Part shown: positions 38,380 through 47,800 of the stretch, one piece after another
Layout: the number at the start of each line of letters is the position of its first letter
Numbering within the stretch: position 1 is the stretch's first letter
From: a virus
Taxonomy: Duplodnaviria > Caudoviricetes
DNA length: 64,000 nt
IMG/VR virus record: IMGVR_UViG_2706795941_000001
Coordinates: 10,074 to 74,073 of that record
Direction: 5' to 3' (one strand)
Position numbers and translations under genes: made by a program
The notes under the pieces: generated by a model
Told to the model about the DNA's origin: nothing
Database searches by the model: none
What the model saw: the letters and a program-made list of their open reading frames with translations, nothing else

Positions 38380-39488
38380 GTAGTCCTCCTCGGCATGGCG
38401 ATGGCCTCGTAGCCATCTTCACTCTGGAACTTAACGAATGTGCTCGGCTTGTCCTTGTTGTAGTGCATGATGACGCTTTTGCCGGGCGCATTCTGCACTG
38501 CACTCTTAAAGTACTCCGAGGAGAACTTGAACTTGACCGGCGGGTGCTCGCACTGATCCACCATGAAGATGGATTCTTCCACACCCTCGCCCGTGTCGGA
38601 GGATCGAACGGCAAAGATTGCCATCTCATCGCCGATCTCCAGCTCCATGGCGACCTGACGATCGTCGGTGCCCGCTGAGCACACACGCTCCACAATCTCC
38701 ACGATGTACTGCTTGTTCTCGAAGACGAGAATGTTGGGGAACTCGCGGGCGAACACCGAGTCGACGTTCTTGTAGGCGTCATCATAGAGTACGCACTTGA
38801 TGTGCACATCTTCCGACGGCGCGATCAGCAGGTACGAGTCCTCGACACCCACCTTGACCTCGTCAAAGTTCCGCAGCACCGGGCCGAGCAGACGAACCGG
38901 CACCACGATGTTCTCGTGGTCAGATTCAGACAGGTCGATCTTGATTGGCATGGTGGCCAGCGTGTAGTTGTTCGAGGCGACGAGCTTCTCCTCGTCGATG
39001 TACACGCCGGTGAGCGGCGGGTCATTCTTCTTGGAGCACGACCAGGCCACCGCATCCACGAGCTTGCCGAAGTTCTCCACCACCGGCAGGTCGGTGTCAT
39101 CGAAGTCGTTCCACTCGGGGAACGCTTCGTGCGAGACGAGAGGCAGCGTGGCCTTCATAGAGCCGCTCGTCATGGACAGCTGGGTTGACTGCTCGTCACT
39201 GAGCACCAGCTTCGACCCCATCCTGGACGGCAGACGGGCCGTCAGGTTGAACATGAACTTGCTGGACACCCGCCAGGTGCAGGGCGGTCCTTCTGACTTG
39301 ACGGGATACAGCGTCTCCATGTAGAAAACATCTCCGTCCGTGCAGCGCAAGGTCACGTACTCGCCGTCGAACTCGAATACGAAGCCGTGGAAGTCCATGA
39401 ATCGGCCGCTCTTGGTGGGAGCCACCGAGCTAGCCTTCTTGATGGCGTCGGCGAAGGCCGAGTTCTCAAACTCGATTGTCGTTGTCAC
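38376..39488 (-). CDS. dnaN: DNA polymerase III beta sliding clamp-like protein
   Basis: 370 aa, three-domain size; LRCTDGD, LTGVYI..LVASNNYTLA, FKFSSEYF, AIAMPRR. Confidence 0.8.
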   Translation of the reverse strand: MTTTIEFENSAFADAIKKASSVAPTKSGRFMDFHGFVFEFDGEYVTLRCTDGDVFYMETLYPVKSEGPPCTWRVSSKFMFNLTARLPSRMGSKLVLSDEQSTQLSMTSGSMKATLPLVSHEAFPEWNDFDDTDLPVVENFGKLVDAVAWSCSKKNDPPLTGVYIDEEKLVASNNYTLATMPIKIDLSESDHENIVVPVRLLGPVLRNFDEVKVGVEDSYLLIAPSEDVHIKCVLYDDAYKNVDSVFAREFPNILVFENKQYIVEIVERVCSAGTDDRQVAMELEIGDEMAIFAVRSSDTGEGVEESIFMVDQCEHPPVKFKFSSEYFKSAVQNAPGKSVIMHYNKDKPSTFVKFQSEDGYEAIAMPRRTT

Positions 39489-39723
39489 TGGTCTCCTTCG
39501 CTTGTTCGGCGTTTCTGGTGCGCAGCTTTACGCAGGCGATAAACAGATCGCGCGCGAGTTCGGGGTGAGTGTCCTTTACTGCCGTGGCGTAGGCGTGCAG
39601 TGCGCTCGGCGTGGCCGGGTCGGACTCCTCGAGGACGAAGCACCAGCCCATTGGCTTGCCGTCGATCCTGGATACGAAGTACTTCGCAAGGAGTCCGTCC
39701 CGGCTCGGATCTTTGGCGGGCAC
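39466..39723 (-). CDS. Hypothetical protein
   Basis: GTG 39723 overlapping upstream TAG; FVL...DP....AL.AYA. Confidence 0.55.
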   Translation of the reverse strand: MPAKDPSRDGLLAKYFVSRIDGKPMGWCFVLEESDPATPSALHAYATAVKDTHPELARDLFIACVKLRTRNAEQAKETSDNDNRV

Positions 39724-40373
39724 TACTCGCCGATCACCAGTTGACGCAGGTCGGCGGGGTGCGGCGACTCGAGTGTGATTGCCCGCGCCTCGGCTGCCAC
39801 CTTGTACACCCACTTGTCGATACGACGCTGCAGGTCGATCGAGAAGAAGATGTCGCTGATGACGTCGTGATTGCCCTTGGCTTCCTTGCTGGGGTCACCC
39901 TCGATAGCGCCGGTGAGTGTGGGGTAGTGGTACTTGATGAACTCCATCTGTGATGACGAGTCCACGCACCGGTGGCTGAACAGTCCGTTGAGTTCGGGCA
40001 TGTGAGCGGCCAAGAAGCCGCGGTCGAAGTGCACCGAGCTGCCGTACACCGGCACCTTGCCCAGGTTCCATGCCTTGACTACCTCAACAGCACGTTCCTC
40101 GACCTTGTCGGGTGTGAAGAATCCGGGCGAGTCGGCCTCGGCGTTGACCAGCTTGGCGAGCAGGCCCGAGCCGTCGGGTCCGTGCATCTCCTTGATCACG
40201 TCGTCGAGTGTGCCGGCCTGAATCTGCAGGATCACGGTGGGAGAAACCACCAGCGAGTGGAACATGTCCACCACTGTGTAGTTCTCGACCAGGGCGATGC
40301 CGACCTCGGTGATGTGGTGGAAGGTGGGGATCAAGCCGGTGGTCTCGAGGTCGATGTAAACGGACTGTGTCAT
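39723..40373 (-). CDS. orn: Oligoribonuclease (Orn/DEDDh family)
   Basis: IDLETTGL, GSSVHFDRGFL..HMPEL..LFSHR.VDSS, H....DI..S matches the Orn pattern. Confidence 0.8.
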   Translation of the reverse strand: MTQSVYIDLETTGLIPTFHHITEVGIALVENYTVVDMFHSLVVSPTVILQIQAGTLDDVIKEMHGPDGSGLLAKLVNAEADSPGFFTPDKVEERAVEVVKAWNLGKVPVYGSSVHFDRGFLAAHMPELNGLFSHRCVDSSSQMEFIKYHYPTLTGAIEGDPSKEAKGNHDVISDIFFSIDLQRRIDKWVYKVAAEARAITLESPHPADLRQLVIGE

Positions 40374-40558
40374 TTGTTGTACTCCTTCTTGAAGTAAGCG
40401 TGAACGTCGGCGCGGGGTATGAGCCAGTTCCTTCCCGGTCTGATTGCACCTGGATATACCCCATTACGCAGGTGCTTCCTGATTGTCCAGTCGGTGACCC
40501 GAAGCAGCTTAGCTGCCTCCTGCACTGTCAAGTACTCGGGCTTTTCCTCGGTTGCCAC
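40370..40558 (-). CDS. Excisionase/MerR-like HTH DNA-binding protein
   Basis: YLTVQEAAKLLRVTDWTIRKHL..G..P..RPGRNWLIP. Confidence 0.8.
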   Translation of the reverse strand: MATEEKPEYLTVQEAAKLLRVTDWTIRKHLRNGVYPGAIRPGRNWLIPRADVHAYFKKEYNK

Positions 40559-40760
40559 GGTTAGCCTTTCTGTACTCGTGGATTGATTGGTCCTCGTCGG
40601 ACACCTCGTCGATGTAGTTGATACAACTGGTGTAGTGATACCAACACAGGCGGACGACCTTCCGGGTCGCAGGGGATGGGTAGTTGTTCCACTCAAGATC
40701 GAGTTCGACCTCGTGAATCTCTTCTCCACCACTGCGGTAATTCTGTGCATGCACAGGCAC
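40509..40760 (-). CDS. Hypothetical protein
   Basis: GTG 40760 just after upstream stop; 83 aa. Confidence 0.45.
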   Translation of the reverse strand: MPVHAQNYRSGGEEIHEVELDLEWNNYPSPATRKVVRLCWYHYTSCINYIDEVSDEDQSIHEYRKANRGNRGKARVLDSAGGS

Positions 40761-40764
40761 TGCG

Positions 40765-41004
40765 TTAGCCCGAGGGGTGTGAGGCCACTGGCACCATCCC
40801 TGGATGCACCCGTTTGTCTCCATCACCCTCCTTGCATACTCGTTCGTGCCATTCATCAGGGCTGAACAGCTTGCCGTCGTGCGTGGTCGGCGAGCCACAG
40901 CCGGGGCACCGATGCAAGTCGTAGTCGCACCGATCGCAGCACTGATAGCAGCCACCCTCGCGTGCGTGCGCTTGAGGATCACAGTCCTCGGTGGGTAGAT
41001 TCAC
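40765..41004 (-). CDS. Cys-rich Zn-binding small protein
   Basis: CYQCCDRC..CPGC; GTGA overlap with helicase stop. Confidence 0.55.
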   Translation of the reverse strand: MNLPTEDCDPQAHAREGGCYQCCDRCDYDLHRCPGCGSPTTHDGKLFSPDEWHERVCKEGDGDKRVHPGMVPVASHPSG

Positions 41005-42707
41005 AGCGTCCCCTCCATTGCTTCCTCGAGCTTCTGCATGAAGCCCTTCGACTTGGCGGCACCCTCGATGATGGCCTCGTTTGCGAAGTTCTTGTCTCGG
41101 ATGATCGCCTCGACACGTGCCTCGCAACTGTTACGCACGAAGTACTCCATCACAGTGATGGGCGTGCCGTGGCGCTCGGAACCAATGCGACGAAGGCGAC
41201 CGACACCCTGCTCATTGAGGGCAGGGCTGAACTCCTTGTCGATGAACTGGCAGTACCGAGCCTCGGTCATGTTCAGTCCGACACCCATCGCCTTGATGAT
41301 GCCGATGATGACAGCAGGTCCGTCCGTGTTGGCCCACTCCTTCACCACTTTCTGGCGCTTGTCCTTGCTGACGTCACCATGAATCTCGTAGATCGGCACA
41401 TCAGAGTCAACCGCACGGAGGCGCTTGATATACGAGGCGATGATCGGCCTGAACTGGCTGAACACCACGACCTTCTCGCCCGAGTCGATGAGCTGCTTGA
41501 CGTCGTCGATAGCCAGGTCTAGCTTGGGGCTCTCGTCCGAGTCTGGCAGCAGTGTAGATGTGCCTGCACAGATCTGACGCAGCCGCAGGTTACGAACCAT
41601 GGCATGCTTCTCGAGGATATTCTCGTGCGGTTCCTTCTCCTCGAGATAGATGAGGCCCCATGGATCGAGGTTACGCCACTGAACCAGGTGGTTGTACATC
41701 TCCTTCGGGAGACCCTCCAGGGAGACGTTGCGCTTGATGAAGTTGACCTCGGGTAGGTCCAGCACCTCGTCGATCTTGCGGCGCAGCATGACCTGCGAGA
41801 GCTTCGTACGCAACAGGTTCTCGTTCTTGATGGACACAACCTTGTGATCACCCTGCGGGGTGATCTTCACGAACTTACTCTTGAATGCTGCGAACGTTCC
41901 CCATTGTCCGGGAGTCACGATGTCGAGCAACGTCCACAAGTCGACGACCTGGTTCATCATCGGTGTGCCCGTGACGCAGAACTTGCGGGGTGCCACCAAC
42001 TGCTTGGCGTTCTGGTACCGCTGAGACGCTGGGTTCTTGATGTTGTGTGCCTCATCAAAGACCACCATGTCGATATCGAAGGCGTTGAGCTGTTGGATGT
42101 GGTCCTTGACCTGCTCGTAGTTCAGCACCACGATCTTGTCGCCAGGCAGCGCACGAAACCGCTCTACCTGTGCGAAGCGCTCGACCACATTCGAGCCGGT
42201 CACCAGGCAGTGCTGCATGCCGGTGAACTTCTCGATCTCCTCGGCCCAGTTAAGGCGCAACGAAGGGGGTACAACAGCGACCATGGTGCAGTCGCGGTCG
42301 GGGTTGATCTTCTTGACTCGCCAACAGTGCATGCCGAACACGGCGAGCATCTGAAGGGTCTTGCCCAGGCCCATCTCGTCACCGAGAATGGCACCCTTCT
42401 TGTCCTTCATCCACTTGACGCCGTCGACTTGGTGCTGCTTGAAGACGATCGAGTCCTTGATCCAGGGTTCAAGGCTGCCCCGATTGCCGAGCTTCTGGGG
42501 CCGGCTCACTCGATTACCACTGATGGTGTTGTTGCGTACACGAGGGGCGATGTACTCATCGGGTGCTGCCTTCACTCTGGCTGGTGGCGTCTCCACCAGC
42601 TTGATGCGGGTGGGAGTTGGCTTTCGCTTTGATTCAGTTATGCGCTGCTGTTCGGCGGCTGAGCGCCGATCAAACTCAGCGCTAGCTTCCCTCAAAGCTT
42701 TGAACAA
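41001..42707 (-). CDS. SNF2-family (SF2) helicase
   Basis: LGDEMGLGKT, DEAH, TGTPMMN, GVGLN, QGVGRLRRIG. Confidence 0.92.
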   Translation of the reverse strand: MFKALREASAEFDRRSAAEQQRITESKRKPTPTRIKLVETPPARVKAAPDEYIAPRVRNNTISGNRVSRPQKLGNRGSLEPWIKDSIVFKQHQVDGVKWMKDKKGAILGDEMGLGKTLQMLAVFGMHCWRVKKINPDRDCTMVAVVPPSLRLNWAEEIEKFTGMQHCLVTGSNVVERFAQVERFRALPGDKIVVLNYEQVKDHIQQLNAFDIDMVVFDEAHNIKNPASQRYQNAKQLVAPRKFCVTGTPMMNQVVDLWTLLDIVTPGQWGTFAAFKSKFVKITPQGDHKVVSIKNENLLRTKLSQVMLRRKIDEVLDLPEVNFIKRNVSLEGLPKEMYNHLVQWRNLDPWGLIYLEEKEPHENILEKHAMVRNLRLRQICAGTSTLLPDSDESPKLDLAIDDVKQLIDSGEKVVVFSQFRPIIASYIKRLRAVDSDVPIYEIHGDVSKDKRQKVVKEWANTDGPAVIIGIIKAMGVGLNMTEARYCQFIDKEFSPALNEQGVGRLRRIGSERHGTPITVMEYFVRNSCEARVEAIIRDKNFANEAIIEGAAKSKGFMQKLEEAMEGTL

Positions 42708-42710
42708 ACC

Positions 42711-43292
42711 TTACCCCCATCGCTCCTTGTGCTGGCATCCGAGGCACCCGGCGAATCGGATCTCGGTCTCGATCCGATCCTCGATTGTCGAGTAGTTCTT
42801 TCCACACATCATGCACTTGAACCCCTTGGACTTGCCGCCGGGTGTGAAGTCCTGTTCAAGGTTGTACTCGGTCATGAGTACCGAGGGATCGTCGGGCTGT
42901 CCGACTTCGGGGTCAGGCTCCGGAGGGTTAGGGTCGATGCCCTCAAGCTTCGGCACCGGGTTGCTCCGGTCGAGCTCGTCACGCTCCTGAAGCTTGGCCC
43001 ACTCTTCGTTGGCATCCTTGCCTTCGACAGTGAGTCCCTGCAGGAATACCTGCGACCCGATTGTGAGGCCGGCCAGTTCGATCCGCACGTGCGGGTCCGA
43101 GGAGCGCTCGATCATGGTGCGCAGCGTGCGTGTCTGCTCGATGGTGAGCTCGGACAGGAAGTGTGCGAACTCGGATAGGAATGCCGAGTGTTCGCTCTCC
43201 ATCTCGGCCGCGAGTTGCTGCTGCTTTTCGCGCTGCCACAGCAGGAAGGCAGCGTGGCCCTGCATTTCCTCGGGTAGTTCTTGTTCGCTCAT
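42711..43292 (-). CDS. Hypothetical protein with C-terminal Zn ribbon
   Basis: CMMC...CLGC; ATG 43292 after aaagggg. Confidence 0.65.
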   Translation of the reverse strand: MSEQELPEEMQGHAAFLLWQREKQQQLAAEMESEHSAFLSEFAHFLSELTIEQTRTLRTMIERSSDPHVRIELAGLTIGSQVFLQGLTVEGKDANEEWAKLQERDELDRSNPVPKLEGIDPNPPEPDPEVGQPDDPSVLMTEYNLEQDFTPGGKSKGFKCMMCGKNYSTIEDRIETEIRFAGCLGCQHKERWG

Positions 43293-43315
43293 GTAATCCC
43301 CTTTCACTTAAAGGA

Positions 43316-43353
43316 GTGACCGGGAACCTGCCCCTCGTCAGATTCCCGGTCAC
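43316..43353 (-). terminator. Hairpin downstream of SSB-like gene
   Basis: gtgaccgggaa / ttcccggtcac. Confidence 0.55.
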
Positions 43354-43377
43354 ACTTTGTACCGTCAGATCAGCTGA

Positions 43378-44421
43378 TCAGAACGGCGGCTCGTCGTCGT
43401 CGTCGTACGTCGAGGTTCCAGCCGAAGCCGTCGGCGCCATGGGTTCGGGCTGCTTGACCCGACCCTTGGTGCTGAACACCTTCTCCTTCTCGGGCTCCGG
43501 TTCGGCCTTCGCCTGCGGCTGCGCCTTCGGCTCCTCGACCACGTCGGCGTCGATGGTGTTGTTCTCGACCACCTCGTTGTTGAGGTTCGGGTCATCCGAC
43601 TCTCCCGAGTCCTCGTCGCGCGGCAGCGGGTACTGCTTGAGGAACTCCTTGGCCGACCGGAAGGACTCGTAGTAGTCCGGGTGGTCGGCGGTGTCGGTGA
43701 CTCCGAGCTTCTCGTACGTCGGCGTGCAGTACTTGACGCTGCCCCGGCGGAACTTGTCCAGGCCCAGCTTCGTCACCGCCGTGAACGTCTGCGTCTTGCG
43801 CGTGACGAAGGGAGTGAGGTAGGTCTTGGTGGGCTTGACGCCCGACCGGCGGACACTGAACAGGGCCGGGGACCAGACGGCCTCGTCACCCTCGCCTTCC
43901 ATGTAGAGCAGGGGGAGCGTCCACTCCTCCGCGCACCACGGACGCTTGCCGCTGGGGTCGGTGTTCCACTCGCGGAACTTGCACTTCTCGCAGGGCAGCG
44001 ACGGCTCGGTCATCATCGGAACGCCGAGCACCTCGACCTCGAGGGGCTTGAGGTCGGCGGTGGTGAACCGATCCTGGGCTTCCCACGGGAAGCGCTTGTC
44101 GCGCGGCACGTCGGTGCTGAGGTTGGGGAAGCCGTGGCGGAAGTCGGGCGACTTGCACAACGGCGAGTCCTTCGACTCACCCTCGCCGATCTCGGCGGGC
44201 CACATGAGCCGGCCCTTATGGAGGCCGAGGATGATGACGGTCAGTTCGTCGAAGGTTTCCTCGGTCTGGCTGTGCTTGAACACGCCGTCGGCGTGGTCGA
44301 TCTGGAGCCGGGGCATCGAGATGTCTGACTGATCGAAGTCCTCGAGGCCTTCGAGGCCGGTCGAGTTGGCTTGCCAGTTGACAACGTCGGTGGACTCCGA
44401 CACGGGCTGAACAGAAGTCAT
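43378..44421 (-). CDS. Probable ssDNA-binding / recombination protein
   Basis: 347 aa, high GC3; DISMPRLQI; acidic tail DDDDEPPF like SSB-Ct. Confidence 0.6.
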   Translation of the reverse strand: MTSVQPVSESTDVVNWQANSTGLEGLEDFDQSDISMPRLQIDHADGVFKHSQTEETFDELTVIILGLHKGRLMWPAEIGEGESKDSPLCKSPDFRHGFPNLSTDVPRDKRFPWEAQDRFTTADLKPLEVEVLGVPMMTEPSLPCEKCKFREWNTDPSGKRPWCAEEWTLPLLYMEGEGDEAVWSPALFSVRRSGVKPTKTYLTPFVTRKTQTFTAVTKLGLDKFRRGSVKYCTPTYEKLGVTDTADHPDYYESFRSAKEFLKQYPLPRDEDSGESDDPNLNNEVVENNTIDADVVEEPKAQPQAKAEPEPEKEKVFSTKGRVKQPEPMAPTASAGTSTYDDDDEPPF

Positions 44422-44505
44422 GTTGGTTTACTCGCTTCGTTGGTGTGAAGGTCTGCAGATCTGTAGATTCGTAGCGTTGCTGTCCGCACCAGGCGAACGT
44501 AGTAC

Positions 44506-44534
44506 ATGGTACCACACAATGCTACACATGTCAA
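44506..44534 (-). promoter_or_regulatory. SigA-type promoter TTGACA-17-TACCAT
   Basis: Exact -35, TGG extended -10; upstream of SSB-like gene. Confidence 0.8.
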
Positions 44535-44854
44535 CGCCGGGCGCGATTTTTTCTTTTGAGCAACCTCCCTGGAACTGGTTCGGTGAACTGAATCCCGTGC
44601 GCCACCATCCACACCTTGAAGTCAAGCTCACTGACACGCCAGTCAGGTACTGATTCAGGGGCAGCGATGTTGGTGATGCGCAAGCGAGAGCCCTGCCTCC
44701 CCTGGCTGCGTCCGGTGAAGTACCCAAGCTCGTTGATGATCTTGGATTCAGGGCAATCGAGGAGGTAGGCTATCTGATCCAGTGTGTAGAAGAACTCTCG
44801 CAGCGGGAGGATCACCTCATTGCGAATGTGATCCTCGTCGAAGATGCTAGGCAT
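44531..44854 (-). CDS. Putative HTH DNA-binding protein
   Basis: YTLDQIAYLLDCPESKII...WRVSE excisionase-like pattern. Confidence 0.55.
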   Translation of the reverse strand: MPSIFDEDHIRNEVILPLREFFYTLDQIAYLLDCPESKIINELGYFTGRSQGRQGSRLRITNIAAPESVPDWRVSELDFKVWMVAHGIQFTEPVPGRLLKRKNRARR

Positions 44855-45155
44855 CTTCCTTCGGAGTCCAGCACGACTCTATGACCTTGCCAGCTCCGTC
44901 GCGAAGGAAGGGGGTGAACTCTGCATGCACAAAGGGAAACATGTCTCGTGCCACACGAGGCGACACGATCACGGCCTTCTGTCCGCTGCCGTACTTCTCT
45001 CGTTGATGGTTGTAGACCATCTCGATGTCGCGCACCATTTTCTTCACGACCTTGGGCGTGACAAGTGCGGTCTTGAAACTGTGGAACCTGATGTACACCT
45101 GCTCGGCACCGGCGAACAGGGGTTCTCGTTTTCTCTCTTCATCGAGAGTGCCCAT
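44847..45155 (-). CDS. Hypothetical protein
   Basis: ATG 45155 after gaggagg; 102 aa. Confidence 0.6.
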   Translation of the reverse strand: MGTLDEERKREPLFAGAEQVYIRFHSFKTALVTPKVVKKMVRDIEMVYNHQREKYGSGQKAVIVSPRVARDMFPFVHAEFTPFLRDGAGKVIESCWTPKEDA

Positions 45156-45157
45156 GG

Positions 45158-45814
45158 CTACCTCCTCTTTGCTTTCTGTTTCATGTACTCGAGCCCGTGC
45201 TGCATTCCGTCCAGGGTGAGGCCCGAGAAGAAGATCGGCCGACGATGGATCTGTGCATAGCCGATGCGAGACCACCGATCAAAGACTGCTCCGATAGCCC
45301 CCGAAGACGGGGGGTTCTCGGGATCAATGAGCAGTCCTACCTGGGCCGGAGTGAGTGGCCCGTCGAGTTCGTACTTGCCTGCTTGGTATGCGATGCAGAC
45401 TTTCTGGACTTCGACTTCGAGCTGGCCCCTGGCGCGCGTGCCGGTGGACGTAGGCTCGAACGTGCGTGCCGATTCCGATAGGGTGGGAGCCACGGACGCG
45501 GGTTGCTCCGGGCGTTGTGTGGGACGGGCCGGGTCGGATAAAGCATCAGCCCTAGCCAGTGCTATCTGTCCCATCCAAGTCGGCTCAGGCGGCTCGTAGT
45601 TGGGGTTGCCGTGCTCCTTTCGCTTGGCCCCTGCCATCTCGTACATCTTGTTGATGGTGACGTGACAGCTGCAGGAACATATCTCGTGAGCTGTGCAAAC
45701 CTTCATGGGCTTGCCGCTCGGACTTACCGGTGCCAGTCCTTCATGTGCGCCAGTTCCACAGAAGCCGGTGATGTAATTACTCTTGGGCTTCTTGACCTTC
45801 GTTTCTGTTGACAC
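45158..45814 (-). CDS. Hypothetical protein with Cys/His N-terminus
   Basis: 218 aa; FCGTGAH..CTAHEICSCSCH. Confidence 0.65.
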   Translation of the reverse strand: MSTETKVKKPKSNYITGFCGTGAHEGLAPVSPSGKPMKVCTAHEICSCSCHVTINKMYEMAGAKRKEHGNPNYEPPEPTWMGQIALARADALSDPARPTQRPEQPASVAPTLSESARTFEPTSTGTRARGQLEVEVQKVCIAYQAGKYELDGPLTPAQVGLLIDPENPPSSGAIGAVFDRWSRIGYAQIHRRPIFFSGLTLDGMQHGLEYMKQKAKRR

Positions 45815-46301
45815 CTATCATCTCCTCTTTTGCGACGAACACGCCGACGGGTGCTGATGAGAAGGCGGTGGCCTGCTGTTCGAGGATCGCTCCCGAATCC
45901 CCAGACCAATCGCGCTTCAGGTACGGTAGATCGAACTCGTCGCCCTCGCGAATAAGGACGGCTGCCTGTGGGCGGAAGCACCGGGGGTACTTGGTGCTGC
46001 CCTCTTCCAATGCGCGGTACGCTATACGATCGCGCTCACGTACGATCTCGCGTGCATTCTCACACGAGATGTTGACCATTCTTTGGAACGCCGTGAGCTC
46101 ATCTTCACGCATGCCGGTGAGCATGAGCTTGATGGTGGTGGACTTGTCCGACAGAAGCAACGTGACCTCGGCCCCATCCTCCGCGAAGTCACTTTCACTC
46201 TTGCGCGTGTCGATGTAGAGCGTAGCCATGAACGTCTTGATGGACACCCAGGCACGGCGCGACGGCGAAAGAATGTCGGAGGTTCGGGTGCGCCCGGCCA
46301 T
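45777..46301 (-). CDS. Hypothetical protein
   Basis: ATG 46301 next to upstream stop; start uncertain (alternative 46229). Confidence 0.55.
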   Translation of the reverse strand: MAGRTRTSDILSPSRRAWVSIKTFMATLYIDTRKSESDFAEDGAEVTLLLSDKSTTIKLMLTGMREDELTAFQRMVNISCENAREIVRERDRIAYRALEEGSTKYPRCFRPQAAVLIREGDEFDLPYLKRDWSGDSGAILEQQATAFSSAPVGVFVAKEEMIGVNRNEGQEAQE

Positions 46302-46302
46302 T

Positions 46303-46572
46303 CTACGGTGCAAGTTTCGCTTGTCGTTTGGCCCTGGCAACTTCCATCCTCTCCTGGTGGGACACTCTGGCTGGCGCGTTGTAGTCAGCGTCGTTGTACA
46401 GGCAGCGCTCACAGAACCACTCGAGTGCCCGGGTGCGGAAGACGTTTCCACGAGAGCCCATCGTAGCGAAGACCACCTTCTTCACTGACAGCTTGTCCCG
46501 AGGGACGATGGCTCCGCACCCTGTGCAGGCGTAGTCTCCTGCCGGGTCGGGCTTCGTGAATCCCATTGTCAT
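46303..46572 (-). CDS. Zn-finger hypothetical protein
   Basis: CTGC...CERC; RBS gaggaagg. Confidence 0.6.
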   Translation of the reverse strand: MTMGFTKPDPAGDYACTGCGAIVPRDKLSVKKVVFATMGSRGNVFRTRALEWFCERCLYNDADYNAPARVSHQERMEVARAKRQAKLAP

Positions 46573-46580
46573 GCCTTCCT

Positions 46581-47474
46581 CTATAGACTTTCTGTAATGG
46601 TACTCGGAAAGTCTTGCTTCTTTCCGAGTGCGTCGTTGTTGCTGTAGATGCAGTTCAGGCACTGGTGACTGGTGACTATCAGCAGTGAGTCGATCTCATT
46701 CTTGAGTTCGGCCAGGGGGCGCCAGCAGGAGCTGCACTGACGGGTGCGATCCGCGCCGGTGACCTCGGCGAAGGCAACGCCTGCATCCATGAGCATGGCT
46801 GCTATCTGATCGTGGGTCACCGAGAACAGATCTACGTCGTCGCACACTGGAATGAGAGCGGGCATAACGAGTCCACCGAACTTGTACTGACCTATGGCAT
46901 AGATGTGTGCCATCGAGGTGTTCAAGTTCTCCTTGTCAAGGAAGGAGGGAACGAAGACCAACTCGAAGTGCAGGACCACTTCGCCAGTGCTGAAGATGGG
47001 CGTCTTGAGGATGATGGGCTTGGGCTCGAACCAGCTCGCAATGTAGGGAAGGAAGTTGAGACCTGCGTAGGTCTCCGCTGCTGCCCTGCGGTGTCGCGGG
47101 TTGTAGCAGTGGGCAACCTCATCCTGAAGATGCTCGCCTCGGCACTGCGTGACAATGTTGACGTAAGGTATGTCAGGCATGTTGGACATGTGCAGTCCGA
47201 GGCCGGCTCGAATATCCATCTGAACCTTCATGCCCGGATGCTGCGCGAAGTCGAATGTCCACACAACCTTGTTACCGAAGTCTGTGAGCTTTGCGCGGGT
47301 CATCTCGAAGTCGAAGTATCTCTTGTTGTGCTCAGCACGAATGCCAAGCATCTCGGTGTTGAGTTCGAGATGAGTGTCGAGAAGGTTCTCGGTTACCAAG
47401 TAGCGGAGGTCGATGACCTCGACGCCGGGGATATGGTCTTGCACACCGAACCTGTCACTGCTCGTCATCGTCAC
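46581..47474 (-). CDS. Hypothetical protein with C-terminal Zn ribbon
   Basis: 297 aa; CSSC...CLNC. Confidence 0.65.
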   Translation of the reverse strand: MTMTSSDRFGVQDHIPGVEVIDLRYLVTENLLDTHLELNTEMLGIRAEHNKRYFDFEMTRAKLTDFGNKVVWTFDFAQHPGMKVQMDIRAGLGLHMSNMPDIPYVNIVTQCRGEHLQDEVAHCYNPRHRRAAAETYAGLNFLPYIASWFEPKPIILKTPIFSTGEVVLHFELVFVPSFLDKENLNTSMAHIYAIGQYKFGGLVMPALIPVCDDVDLFSVTHDQIAAMLMDAGVAFAEVTGADRTRQCSSCWRPLAELKNEIDSLLIVTSHQCLNCIYSNNDALGKKQDFPSTITESL

Positions 47475-47796
47475 CCCCTTTGTACTTGAGCATCTTGCCC
47501 GTCGGTTTAGACGGGCCGAGCTTCTCCTTGTGCTTGCGTACCTCGGGAAGGCTGAGCATCCCGTTGGTGTGGAACAACCTGATCGCCGAGTCCATGTCGT
47601 GATCTACCTCAACCACCGGCTTGCGACGAGCTGGCTTAGGTGCCGGCTTGGCCTCGACCTTGGGCTTTGGTTTAGGTCGAGGCTTGGTGGAGGTGGTGGA
47701 TGCCTTGGGCCTTGAGCTAGCCTTCTTGCGTGCGGGCTTGTTGCACGAGCACGGATACTCGTCACAGAACAGGCAGGGTTCGCCACCCTTCGGCAT
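47455..47796 (-). CDS. Basic Cys-containing hypothetical protein
   Basis: CLFCDEYPCSC then Lys/Pro-rich linker. Confidence 0.6.
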   Translation of the reverse strand: MPKGGEPCLFCDEYPCSCNKPARKKASSRPKASTTSTKPRPKPKPKVEAKPAPKPARRKPVVEVDHDMDSAIRLFHTNGMLSLPEVRKHKEKLGPSKPTGKMLKYKGGDDDEQ

Positions 47797-47800
47797 TCAC

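Noticed and set aside
37856-38809. 317-aa ORF as a single gene
   Set aside because: 5' part is an off-frame overlap of the clamp gene; the real gene starts at GTG 38224
40370-40558. Excisionase implying a temperate lifestyle
   Set aside because: No integrase, attP or repressor seen in the window; HTH_17 proteins occur in lytic phages
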